Assembly: GCA_963736855.1 (NCBI GenBank)
Contig: CAVTQK010000017.1
Location: 1-64,000, forward strand
Origin: an uncultured delta proteobacterium
Lineage (GTDB): Bacteria > Desulfobacterota > Desulfobacteria > Desulfobacterales > UBA2156
Reading direction: 5' to 3'
DNA: 64,000 nucleotides
This document shows, piece after piece, positions 21,214 to 30,101 of the stretch. The position numbers and the translations under genes are program-made. Position 1 is the stretch's first letter. The number at the start of each line of letters is the position of its first letter. The notes below the pieces were generated by a model. That model saw only the letters and a list, made by a program, of their open reading frames with translations. It was not told where the DNA came from and did no database searches.

Positions 21214-23283
21214 TCAAAACAAAAGCAGTATGACGTATAGACCGAAAACTCCAAAAGCCACCGAGTAAAGGTAGTGTTGAATCTTGCCGGTATGCAGGCG
21301 GCGGAGCTGATCCCCGCACTTTTGAACGACCCCTGCCAGGCCGTTCACGGCTCCGTCTACCACCTGCAGGTCCTCCCAGCCCACCAGCACGGCGAGCTTC
21401 GCGGTGAGCCAGGATGTCAGGTTCACTATGGCGTCGATTCCGTTCAGGTCAAAATGCCCGGCTATTTTGGCAAGTTTCACCATCGGACGTATGAAAAGAA
21501 ACTGGTAGAGCTCATCCACAAAGAACAAACGGCTGAGCATCCGGTAAATGCCGGCAAACCGTGAGGCGGCCCGCGCAGGAATCTCGGTGTGTTTGACATA
21601 ACAAAGCCAGCCGCCGCAGATTCCGGCTAGGGCCACAGCCGAGGAAAGTCCCATCAGCAGGACTTCCATCCCATAGGCGTGGGCAATGGGATCGGAACCG
21701 CCATGATCGCCGAGCACCGGTTTTAAGAAACTCTCAAGTGCATGGGGCAGATGAGTCGAGGCTGGAAGCCCCATGGCTCCGCCGATCACAGCCAGCACGG
21801 CAAGAGCTATCAAAGGCCCGGTCATAACCGGTGGAGACTCATGCAGGTGATGCGCCTCTTCCGGAGTGCCGCGATATGTGCCGGCAAACGCCAGGATGAC
21901 CAGCCGAGTCATGTAGAAAGCCGTCAGGCTGGCAGTTATCAGGCCCAAAGCCCAAAGCGCTTTTCCCAATCCGGGAATGGGCAGATGGCTGGTGAAGGTG
22001 GCCCAAAGGATTTCGTCTTTGCTCATGAACCCCGATAATGGGGGTACTCCGGAAATGGCCAAGTACCCGGCCATGAACGTCAGGAATGTCCGCGGCATAT
22101 AGCGCCTCAGCCCTCCCATCTGCTGGAGATCATTGTGGTGCACGGCATGGATGATACTGCCGGCCCCGAGGAAAAGCAGGGCCTTGAAAAAGGAATGTGT
22201 TACCAAGTGAAAGATCCCCGCGCTGAAAGCCGCAACCCCAACCGCCAGGAACATAAAACCCAGTTGGCTGATGGTGGAGTAAGCTAAAACGCGCTTGATG
22301 TCGTTTTGAACCACAGCCAGGGTAGCCGCTCCAAAGGCGGTTACCCCTCCCACAATGGCGACCACAGCCAGGGCGGCAGGTGCCGACAGGAAAAGAAAAT
22401 TGAGCCGGGCAATCATATAAACTCCGGCTGTGACCATGGTGGCGGCATGAATAAAGGCGCTTACCGGTGTGGGGCCCGCCATGGCATCGGGCAGCCAGAC
22501 ATACAGCGGGATCTGTGCCGACTTGCCGGTTGCACCCACGAATAATAACAGGGCTACCCAGGTAGCCACTTCGATGTTCCAAATCGGGCGTACGGTCATC
22601 AGCCGGGGCATGGCTTCTTGCAACTGCCCGAAGCTCAAACCGGTTACTGCGCCGCCGCTCGTTTCGAAGAGAGTCCAGAATAGGAGCATCAAGCCCACAA
22701 AGAAACCGAAATCTCCCACGCGGTTTACAATGAACGCCTTCATTCCGGCCCGAGCCTTATCCAGATCGGTGAACCAGAACCCGATGAGCAAATAGGAGCA
22801 AAGGCCGACCCCTTCCCATCCCACGAACATGACCAGCAGGTTGTCCGCCAGTACCAGCAGCAACATGGAAAAGGTGAAGAGGTTCAGATAGGCAAAGTAG
22901 CGCGGTTGGCTGTCATCGCCGGCCATGTATCCCACGGAGTACAGGTGAATGAGGAATCCCACCCCGCTGACGACCAGGCACATTACAGCGGATAAAGGGT
23001 CCATGCGGAAAGCCAGTTCCAGGCTGAAACACCCCTGATCCCAGCTGATCAGAAGCCATTGATACAAGGATTGGATCACGAGCCGCTCTGTTGGCTCTTC
23101 GATGCCAAGGAGAGTGAAAAAACCTGCCACCGCGATCCAGAAGGAAAGAAACACACTGACGCAGCCGATCACAGGCACGGCTCGGCCGGGGAGTTTCTTC
23201 CCCAACAACCCGTTCATCACCGCTCCCGCAAGGGGCAGGCAGGGGATTGTCCAAATCATCGACTGTATGCTCTGAGGACTCAA
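21214..23283 (-). CDS. nuoL: Complex I-like oxidoreductase subunit L
   Basis: GWEGVGLCSYLLIGFW and GKSAQIPLYVWLPDAMAGPTPVSA, with a long C-terminal extension. Confidence 0.96.
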   Translation of the reverse strand: MSPQSIQSMIWTIPCLPLAGAVMNGLLGKKLPGRAVPVIGCVSVFLSFWIAVAGFFTLLGIEEPTERLVIQSLYQWLLISWDQGCFSLELAFRMDPLSAVMCLVVSGVGFLIHLYSVGYMAGDDSQPRYFAYLNLFTFSMLLLVLADNLLVMFVGWEGVGLCSYLLIGFWFTDLDKARAGMKAFIVNRVGDFGFFVGLMLLFWTLFETSGGAVTGLSFGQLQEAMPRLMTVRPIWNIEVATWVALLLFVGATGKSAQIPLYVWLPDAMAGPTPVSAFIHAATMVTAGVYMIARLNFLFLSAPAALAVVAIVGGVTAFGAATLAVVQNDIKRVLAYSTISQLGFMFLAVGVAAFSAGIFHLVTHSFFKALLFLGAGSIIHAVHHNDLQQMGGLRRYMPRTFLTFMAGYLAISGVPPLSGFMSKDEILWATFTSHLPIPGLGKALWALGLITASLTAFYMTRLVILAFAGTYRGTPEEAHHLHESPPVMTGPLIALAVLAVIGGAMGLPASTHLPHALESFLKPVLGDHGGSDPIAHAYGMEVLLMGLSSAVALAGICGGWLCYVKHTEIPARAASRFAGIYRMLSRLFFVDELYQFLFIRPMVKLAKIAGHFDLNGIDAIVNLTSWLTAKLAVLVGWEDLQVVDGAVNGLAGVVQKCGDQLRRLHTGKIQHYLYSVAFGVFGLYVILLLF

Positions 23284-23287
23284 CGGC

Positions 23288-23617
23288 TTATCCGCGCAAC
23301 TGTTGATATTGCTCTACATCGACCGTCTTTAGAATGCTGTAAAGCGACAGAACAATCGCCATGACCGCCGCCGCCTCGGCTGCAGCGATGGCGATAACAA
23401 ACAGGGCAAAGACTTGCCCGCTGATCAGCGAAGCCCCTTCGGGCGCTTCCAGAAAACGGGAAAATGCGACAAAATTGAGAGCGCCCGCGTTCAGTACAAG
23501 CTCAATTCCCATGAGCACCCCGATGGCGTTCCGACGGGTGAGGACCGTAAAAAGGCCAAGGCAAAAAAGAAGGGAACTGACCACTAAAAAGCTCGATAGA
23601 CTGTAAGTCATGATCAC
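23288..23617 (-). CDS. nuoK: Complex I-like oxidoreductase subunit K
   Basis: RRNAIGVLMGIELVLNA and GQVFALFVIAIAAAEAA. Confidence 0.95.
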   Translation of the reverse strand: MIMTYSLSSFLVVSSLLFCLGLFTVLTRRNAIGVLMGIELVLNAGALNFVAFSRFLEAPEGASLISGQVFALFVIAIAAAEAAAVMAIVLSLYSILKTVDVEQYQQLRG

Positions 23618-24159
23618 TCACCTTTTTGTTTCCGTCTGATAATGAAGACTGAAGGGGAGAGTTCGCTGCGAACGCTGTGCCGAACGATCAACACCGCCCC
23701 GACCAAGGCTGCAAGGAGCAGCAGAGAGACCACTTCAAAGGGGATCAGGTATTTGCCGAGCAACAGGTTGCCGATCGCTTGCGATGTGGGGGTGGGCGGA
23801 GGCGGCGCAGACCGGACCGGCCAAAGGAAATGGGTTACCGCCACCATCAGCGCCGCGAGAATGATCCCTGTGAGGCCGGCGGCCAAAAGCCGGCCGGGAA
23901 GGTTCACCGACAATGGTGAGAGCCTTGTGCCCTGGGTCATCATGACTCCGAAGATAATCAGTACCAGAATCCCTCCGATGTAAATGATCACCTGAACGAC
24001 CCCGACGAAATCGGCGCCCAGCATCACAAAAAGCCCGGCAATGCCGAAGAGGGTGAAGAGCAGAGAGAACGCCGCATGCACGATGTTGCTCGAAAGCGCT
24101 ACCCACAAAGAGGGGATGATCGCCATCAGCACGAAAACGTTAAATATGATCGTTTTCAT
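23614..24159 (-). CDS. nuoJ: Complex I-like oxidoreductase subunit J
   Basis: QVIIYIGGILVLIIFGVM and PFEVVSLLLLAALVGA. Start moved to the ATG at 24159 (MKTIIFN). Confidence 0.93.
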   Translation of the reverse strand: MKTIIFNVFVLMAIIPSLWVALSSNIVHAAFSLLFTLFGIAGLFVMLGADFVGVVQVIIYIGGILVLIIFGVMMTQGTRLSPLSVNLPGRLLAAGLTGIILAALMVAVTHFLWPVRSAPPPPTPTSQAIGNLLLGKYLIPFEVVSLLLLAALVGAVLIVRHSVRSELSPSVFIIRRKQKGE

Positions 24160-24766
24160 CTTCTTTCTTTCCCTTCCGACTTTTTTCCGGTTTTTGCGAA
24201 GCTTCCGCCGACAGGCGCAACCGCTCGCGCCGCAATTCGGCCGGGATGAATTCTTTTGCCAAGGCATCGAAGTCAAAGGTATTGGCTTCGAATTGACGCG
24301 TGAAAAAAACCGCATCCGTAGGGCAACTTTCCACACAGAGTCCGCAGAACATACATTTGGCATAGTCAACGGTATAAGTCAGCGGTACCTTGCCCTTGCG
24401 GCCCTCAATCCGCACTCCCTTCACTGCGATGACATCAATGGGGCAGATCTGCATGCACAGCAAACACGCAATGCATTGTGGTTCATTGTAGCCGAGCAGT
24501 CCCCGGAACCGGTCCGCAACCCGGTTGTTCAGCGGCCCACGATAGTTCTGGGCGGCGCCCAGAAGGAGCTCGAAGGGTTGCTTGGCGGAACCTTCAGGCA
24601 AAAGGGCGTCTTTAGGTTTTCCCTCGAAAACGTCATAGGATGGGTACTGAAGGGTCACTTTGCGCTCGAAAAAAGCGGTTTTAAAGGTGATCCACATCCC
24701 GGTAGCGATCGTGCTGACGCTCTCGTAAATGTTGCGGAAATAATTCGCGATGCTGCCGGGGATCAT
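24140..24766 (-). CDS. nuoI: Complex I-like oxidoreductase subunit I (2x[4Fe-4S])
   Basis: TLQYP, RFRG, CIACLLCMQICP and CMFCGLCVESCP. Confidence 0.94.
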   Translation of the reverse strand: MIPGSIANYFRNIYESVSTIATGMWITFKTAFFERKVTLQYPSYDVFEGKPKDALLPEGSAKQPFELLLGAAQNYRGPLNNRVADRFRGLLGYNEPQCIACLLCMQICPIDVIAVKGVRIEGRKGKVPLTYTVDYAKCMFCGLCVESCPTDAVFFTRQFEANTFDFDALAKEFIPAELRRERLRLSAEASQKPEKSRKGKKEDENDHI

Positions 24767-24779
24767 GGACCAACCTTCC

Positions 24780-26120
24780 TTAAGGATTGAAGAGGCACAG
24801 CCAAAAGCCCTGGCCGACTAGGCAAACGAATCCCAAAGGGATCATGTATTTCCAGCACACGCTCATCAACTGGTCCACGCGCAGCCGGGGCAATGTCCAG
24901 CGCCACAACAAGATCACGAAGGCAATTGCCATCGCCTTGAAAAAAAAGGTCAGGAATGGAACGAGATACTGAAAAACAATCTCATAAATCGACGGGAGCC
25001 GACTGCGCAGGGGCCAGTGCATGAGCAATGCCATGGCGGCGAAGGCGGCGAGCAGGCCCAGGAACAGCAATTCCGAGTTGATGCGCACCAATCGACTGGG
25101 CAACAAGGCCGATTTGCGATGCACATCGGCGCCAAATGCCCGCATCGCTTTCCAAGCAAACCAGATGCAAGGCAGCGTTGCGATCATCAAGGCCGACAGA
25201 ACGTGCGGATACCTCAGGGACTCTCCCACCTTTCGGCCGATCGGCCCCAGAGTCTCGGCATCCTCCAGCCCCGGCAGTTGCCAGCCTCCGAGGAAACAGA
25301 TGACGGCGATGGAACTCACCACATAGATGTTGCTGAACTCCGCCACAAAAAAAACACCGAAGCGCATTCCGCTGTACTCGACGTTATAGCCTGCCACCAG
25401 CTCGGATTCGGCCTCTGGGATATCGAAGGGGATCCGGTTGATTTCCGCTATCGATGTCGTGAAGTAAATAAAGAAAGCCAAAATGCAAAACGGGCTGTTG
25501 AAAAGAAACCAGTGCTGCACACCGCCTGCTTGTGCCTGAATGATACCCTGCACGCTCATGGTACCGGCCGTGAGCACAACCACCAGGATGGCTAGGGCAT
25601 TGGGGATCTCATAGCTTACGATCTGAGCGGCCGAGCGCATGCCGCCTAGCAGCGCCCATTTGTTATTCGACGCCCAACCCGCCATGATCAGCCCGACCAC
25701 CGTGAAGGACCCCGTAGCAAGGAGATAAAAGACCCCAATGTTCAGATCGCTGATAATGAGCCTGGGACCGAATGGGATTACGACAAAGGAAAGTGCGGTA
25801 CCGAGCAGAACCAAGTAGGGCGCAAATCGGAAAAAAGCGCGGTCGGCTTCCGCAGGGATAATATCTTCCTTTAAGATGAGTTTAACCCCGTCTGCCACGA
25901 ACTGGGCCAACCCATAAGGTCCCACACGATTGGGTCCGCGGCGGGAATTGGTCCACCCGGCCAGCTTGCGTTCCAAAAATGTGAAGAGGCCCCCCATGAT
26001 GCCGAAAAAATTGAGGACCGCCAGGCCGCCGGCCAGCATTACCACAACGGCCGTAGCGTCATGGCCGATCATCTGGAAAAGGGTGAACTCGCGGTAGAGA
26101 TCATTAACCAGGTTGTTCAT
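24780..26120 (-). CDS. nuoH: Complex I-like oxidoreductase subunit H, extended (446 aa)
   Basis: ERK, RRGPNRVGP, ADGVKLILKE, NRIPFDIPEAESELVAGY and PRLRVDQLM. Confidence 0.95.
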   Translation of the reverse strand: MNNLVNDLYREFTLFQMIGHDATAVVVMLAGGLAVLNFFGIMGGLFTFLERKLAGWTNSRRGPNRVGPYGLAQFVADGVKLILKEDIIPAEADRAFFRFAPYLVLLGTALSFVVIPFGPRLIISDLNIGVFYLLATGSFTVVGLIMAGWASNNKWALLGGMRSAAQIVSYEIPNALAILVVVLTAGTMSVQGIIQAQAGGVQHWFLFNSPFCILAFFIYFTTSIAEINRIPFDIPEAESELVAGYNVEYSGMRFGVFFVAEFSNIYVVSSIAVICFLGGWQLPGLEDAETLGPIGRKVGESLRYPHVLSALMIATLPCIWFAWKAMRAFGADVHRKSALLPSRLVRINSELLFLGLLAAFAAMALLMHWPLRSRLPSIYEIVFQYLVPFLTFFFKAMAIAFVILLWRWTLPRLRVDQLMSVCWKYMIPLGFVCLVGQGFWLCLFNP

Positions 26121-26192
26121 AGCGAACCTGTATGAACGTTCGCGCCGTTAAGCGACGCCTCCCGTTCTGTTACGATACGGATAGCATGCCGG

Positions 26193-27305
26193 CTACCGAT
26201 CAATTTCAGGTGCGATCAGATCCAGACTGGCGACCAGAGTCACCAGGTCAGACACCATCAGGCCGGGGGCAATCTCTTCCACAATGCTCATGGCCGAGAA
26301 AGAGCCCGTGCGGATCTTGAGCCGATAGGGTCGATCTTCACCATGGCTGATGATATAAAAGCCCAATTCGCCCCTGGGAGCTTCCGTGCGAACATAGATT
26401 TCGCCAGGCGGCGGTTTCAATTTTTTTTTCGACCGGTTCCAGTACGAGTCATTAGGCATTTTGGAAACGCACTGACGCACAATACGAGCGCTCTCGACCA
26501 TCTCCAGAATGCGTACCCAGTAGCGACTGTAGCAATCGCCCAACTCTGTATGGGAAGGGGGTCTGACGACCTCGAACTTCAGCTCCGGATAGATGGAATA
26601 CGGTTCATCCCGTCTCAAATCCCAATCGACACCGGAAGCTCTCAAGTTCGGCCCCACCAGGCCATAGCCAAGAGCGTCTTCGCGACTGATAACGGCAACC
26701 CCTGAGAGGCGCTCCTTAAAAATCTTGTTATTCGATATCAACCGGTTGTATTGGTCCAAACGGGGCTCGAAGTAATCCAGGAAGTTACTGACGCGTTCAA
26801 GAAACCCTGCGGGCAGATCAAAGGATACTCCTCCGAAGCGCATGTAATTATAAGTCAGCCGCGCCCCACAGAGCTCTTCGAAGAGGTCGTTGACCCATTC
26901 CCGCTCTCTCAGGGCATGGGTGAATGGGGTGACGGCGCCCATGTCCAGCGCAAAGGTGCCGACCGAAATCAAATGGCTGATGATGCGGTTGAGCTCCGCG
27001 ACCAGCACCCTAATATACTCTGCCCGCGGGGGTACTTCGATCCCGGCTAGACGCTCCACTCCAATGGCGTATCCGAAGTTACAGTTCATGGCCGCCAGGT
27101 AGTCGATTCGGTCGGTATATGGCATGAACTGGGGATAGCTGACTTTTTCGGCGATTTTTTCAAGGCCGCGGTGCAGAAATCCCACATCCGGCCTGCATCC
27201 GTAAATGACTTCCCCGTCTGTGCGCAGGATAAAGCGCAACACGCCATGGGTGCTTGGATGGTGTGGGCCCATGTTGAGGATCATTTCTTCAGTGATAAAT
27301 GACAC
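26193..27305 (-). CDS. nuoD: Complex I-like oxidoreductase subunit D
   Basis: NMGPHHPSTHGVLR, LHRGLEK, DRIDY, EAPRGE and C-terminal EIDR. No NiFe CxxC motifs. Confidence 0.96.
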   Translation of the reverse strand: MSFITEEMILNMGPHHPSTHGVLRFILRTDGEVIYGCRPDVGFLHRGLEKIAEKVSYPQFMPYTDRIDYLAAMNCNFGYAIGVERLAGIEVPPRAEYIRVLVAELNRIISHLISVGTFALDMGAVTPFTHALREREWVNDLFEELCGARLTYNYMRFGGVSFDLPAGFLERVSNFLDYFEPRLDQYNRLISNNKIFKERLSGVAVISREDALGYGLVGPNLRASGVDWDLRRDEPYSIYPELKFEVVRPPSHTELGDCYSRYWVRILEMVESARIVRQCVSKMPNDSYWNRSKKKLKPPPGEIYVRTEAPRGELGFYIISHGEDRPYRLKIRTGSFSAMSIVEEIAPGLMVSDLVTLVASLDLIAPEIDR

Positions 27306-27328
27306 CGGCTGCGTTCCTTCACCTAAGA

Positions 27329-27901
27329 TTATGAAGAAATTTTGACCGAGATTCTCGGGTCGTCCGGAGCAATTTCAGTGGGGGCCGCTTTTTCCCTGAC
27401 CGTGCTGATGTTTCGGTAGGCCTTCAATTCCTGATAATCTTTCAGCAAAGGATGGCCTTGCCAGTCAGGGGGGAGCAGCAGTCTGCGAAAATCCCTGTGC
27501 CCGACAAAGTGTATCCCGAACATGTCGTAGACCTCTCGCTCCAGCCAACCGGCTCCCGGCCACACGTCCGAAACCGAATCTATTCGAAGATAGAAATGGG
27601 AAAGAGCCAATGGTCGCTCCAGCTTCACTTTTAACACGAGGCGATGACGGTGGCGGATTGAATAAAGATGATAAACCACCTCCAGCATTTCCGGTTCACC
27701 CAGCTGGTGAACGCCACTCAGGTTCATCAGGGTGTCGAAGGCGCATTGGGAATCCTCTTTCAGGAAAAAAGCGATTTGGTGCAGCTTTTCTTTCGGGACA
27801 ATAAGATATGAATCTCCGCGCGCGACCCCCGTCCATACGAGGTCGGCTATCCCCAGTGCTTCTTCCAATCTTTTTTGGATATGCTCGGCCTGCATCAGCA
27901 T
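27329..27901 (-). CDS. nuoC: Complex I-like oxidoreductase subunit C
   Basis: [17 protein letters not shown] and GHPLLKDY. Confidence 0.95.
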   Translation of the reverse strand: MLMQAEHIQKRLEEALGIADLVWTGVARGDSYLIVPKEKLHQIAFFLKEDSQCAFDTLMNLSGVHQLGEPEMLEVVYHLYSIRHRHRLVLKVKLERPLALSHFYLRIDSVSDVWPGAGWLEREVYDMFGIHFVGHRDFRRLLLPPDWQGHPLLKDYQELKAYRNISTVREKAAPTEIAPDDPRISVKISS

Positions 27902-28392
27902 TTTTCAACCAGAAAGCGCTCCCGGCTGATCTTCTCCTGCAGCAATAAAATCCCATTAGTCAGGGCTTCCGGCCGAGGGGGGCAACCGGGCACATAGACA
28001 TCGACAGGCACGATTTTATCAACGCCTTTGACAACGGAATAGCTGATTTGGAAAAGGCCGCCGCAATTAGCGCAACTGCCCATGGCAATCACATACTTGG
28101 GTTCCGCCATCTGGTCATAAAGCAGGCGCAATCGCGGAGCCATCTTATACGTAAGGGTCCCGGCCACGATCATCAGATCGGACTGCCGTGGTGTGGCTCG
28201 AAACACGCTTCCTATGCGATCAAGATCTGTGCGCGGACCACCGGCCTGCATCAGCTCGATGGCTCAGCATGCCAGGCCGAAAAGGAGATACCAGATCGAT
28301 GAGAGCCGGCACCAGTTGAGAGCCTGATCCACGGTGGTGAAGACCGCACCCCAAAATCCCTGGGAGGGCAGCTTGGAGTATAGATGAGGCAT
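27895..28392 (-). CDS. nuoB: Complex I-like oxidoreductase subunit B with in-frame TGA at codon 43 (candidate selenocysteine)
   Basis: Manual translation from the ATG at 28392 (GGAG RBS upstream) gives [61 protein letters not shown]. It continues in frame into ORF 27895..28251 ([21 protein letters not shown]), 165 codons in total. Confidence 0.93.
28216..28263 (-). promoter_or_regulatory. Putative bacterial SECIS hairpin directly 3' of the nuoB UGA
   Basis: Minus strand reads UGA GCC AUCGAG CUG A UGC A GGCC GGU GGUC CGC GCA CAG AU CUUGAU CGC. The nested pairs are AUCGAG/CUUGAU, CUG/CAG, UGC/GCA and GGCC/GGUC. The G-led apical loop (GGU) starts 21 nt after the UGA. Folded by eye. Confidence 0.7.
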
Positions 28393-28418
28393 ATCCGTTC
28401 TCCATTCTCATTCACAGA

Positions 28419-28868
28419 TTAGACAGCGACCGGTTTTTCTTCATCTAAAAGAATCCGTTCCTTTGGAGTTTCGGGTACTTCCTTGCTCCATTTGAAATCC
28501 GCATGGCGCCCCAGGTAGATCAGTCCAAGAAAGAGAACGGCCAGGAAGAAAACGATCTCACCCAGGACCAGGATGCCGTAGCCTGCCTGGCGCCATTCGC
28601 GAAAGACGACGACGCACGGAAAAACGAGGGCCAGCTCGATGTCGAAAATCAGAAACGCCAGGGCCACCGCGTAAAAGCGGAAATTGAAGGGGATCCATGC
28701 CGAACCGACCGCCCGCTCCCCGCATTCGTAAGTGGTGTACTTGTCTGGAAAAATCGACACCTGGGGGGCAAGGATCCTGGATACCGCGATGATGACGAAG
28801 CTCATCAGCAGCCCGAGAATGATGAACACGAAAACATTTGCGAAATCAAATAACAAGGCGAACCTCAC
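28419..28868 (-). CDS. nuoA: Complex I-like oxidoreductase subunit A
   Basis: KYTTYECGE and RFYAVALAFLIFDIE. Confidence 0.95.
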   Translation of the reverse strand: MRFALLFDFANVFVFIILGLLMSFVIIAVSRILAPQVSIFPDKYTTYECGERAVGSAWIPFNFRFYAVALAFLIFDIELALVFPCVVVFREWRQAGYGILVLGEIVFFLAVLFLGLIYLGRHADFKWSKEVPETPKERILLDEEKPVAV

Positions 28869-28910
28869 GGGGCAAAAAAAAGATTGTTTTTAATGTCACC
28901 GGGTTTCGGC

Positions 28911-29753
28911 CTAATTCAGCTTTTTATCAGCCGCAATGACCGTCCATATCCCCAAAGGACTGGTCGAAGAGGTTTCGATCTTCACGTCCTTGGCGTACGT
29001 GGCCTTTTTCACGATGTCTTTGATGTGCTGAGTCAAGCCTTTTTGGACGAACCGCGGCGATCGAATCCGGACAGTGACCTCTCCTTTTTGAGCTACGACT
29101 TCGACGTCCTCATCGATATCCAGCAATGACGCCCTGACTGCAGCGGCCAGGTAAAGGTCATTCATCTGCTCCTTGGAGTCGGGCGTTGTCTGAAACCGTT
29201 CCAATCGGACACTGTTTGAGATGATTTCAACTGCATCATCGACCGAGATCCGCTTGATGTGGATGACCATATCGTAAAGAGAAGGATCCGATGTGTTTAT
29301 GCCGTAAAAAAACTGACTCCATTTGGTTCGCTGTTCATCCAGGTTAGTTAGAAAATGAAGGGCGTCCTCTTTTGAAACGCCGTCCCTTGCCATGACAAGC
29401 TTTGCACGGTCATCCGGATCGGCAATGATCCGGACCTTGAGAACGTGCGGAATATCTTTCACAAAGAAGTGACCGGCAAATCCATGATAGACGACGTTGT
29501 CGTAATTCAGAACGTGCAGAACGGATGCCTGGATATAAGCGATGTACCGATGTTTTTTGGAAGAGATCCGATCGAGAAAGGAGGATTGAGTGCTTAATGC
29601 ACGAAAAAGTTTGGCCTCGGGGATGTTGAATTCCTTGGATGCTTCCAGGAGGATTTCGCGGGCGATGCACGTATAACCCAGCCTTTGGGCTAGTTTTTCG
29701 GCAATTTCTTTGCCGAGACTGTAAGATGCTCTGGAAATGGTAATTACCGACAT
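28911..29753 (-). CDS. Cytidylate kinase-like family protein with C-terminal BON-like extension
   Basis: MSVITISRASYSLGKEIAEKLA, HVLKVRIIA and DPSLYDMVI. Start set to the ATG at 29753. Confidence 0.82.
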   Translation of the reverse strand: MSVITISRASYSLGKEIAEKLAQRLGYTCIAREILLEASKEFNIPEAKLFRALSTQSSFLDRISSKKHRYIAYIQASVLHVLNYDNVVYHGFAGHFFVKDIPHVLKVRIIADPDDRAKLVMARDGVSKEDALHFLTNLDEQRTKWSQFFYGINTSDPSLYDMVIHIKRISVDDAVEIISNSVRLERFQTTPDSKEQMNDLYLAAAVRASLLDIDEDVEVVAQKGEVTVRIRSPRFVQKGLTQHIKDIVKKATYAKDVKIETSSTSPLGIWTVIAADKKLN

Positions 29754-29948
29754 TTTCCGACCTTTTTCGTCAAGTAAAATGTCGCACGAAGCACCACAGG
29801 CTGTCAAGGAAAAACCGCAGCGGCTAACCGACGATCCGAAATCTTCCTCATGCGTGTCTTTAGTGCATCCAACGGCCGGTCTGATCGGGACGACGGGTAG
29901 TCAGTGATCCGATCCAAAGGGGTGCGGTTGTGCTTTTTTATCATCTTT

Positions 29949-30101
29949 GATGGCTTCGTAAAAAGTCCATCTGCTGCGTTGCACTGCATCCTTCGTCATT
30001 GCGGCGTACCCATATGTACGCCTCATTCCTCAGGATTTGCGCGCCTTGCATCTGAAGCTTTTTACTTTGCCATCCTAATTTTGAGTTTTTACGATTTCAT
30101 C
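29949..30101. mobile_element. MITE-like non-coding element, copy 1, with terminal inverted repeats and 6-bp target duplication
   Basis: The ends GATGGCTTCGTAAAAAGTC and GAGTTTTTACGATTTCATC form a 15/19 inverted match. ATCTTT flanks both sides (29943-48, 30102-07). An additional inner end TTTTACTTTGCCATC finishes at 30074. A homologous copy lies at 44727-44880. Confidence 0.8.

Noticed and set aside
26193..27305. NuoD as a group 4 [NiFe]-hydrogenase large subunit
   Set aside because: No N- or C-terminal CxxC nickel ligands, and the quinone-site motifs are present.
28220..28411. 63-aa [13 protein letters not shown]... as the nuoB N-terminus, implying a frameshifted nuoB
   Set aside because: Wrong frame. 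The NuoB-like N-terminus ([14 protein letters not shown]) is in the same frame as the downstream ORF, separated only by the TGA.
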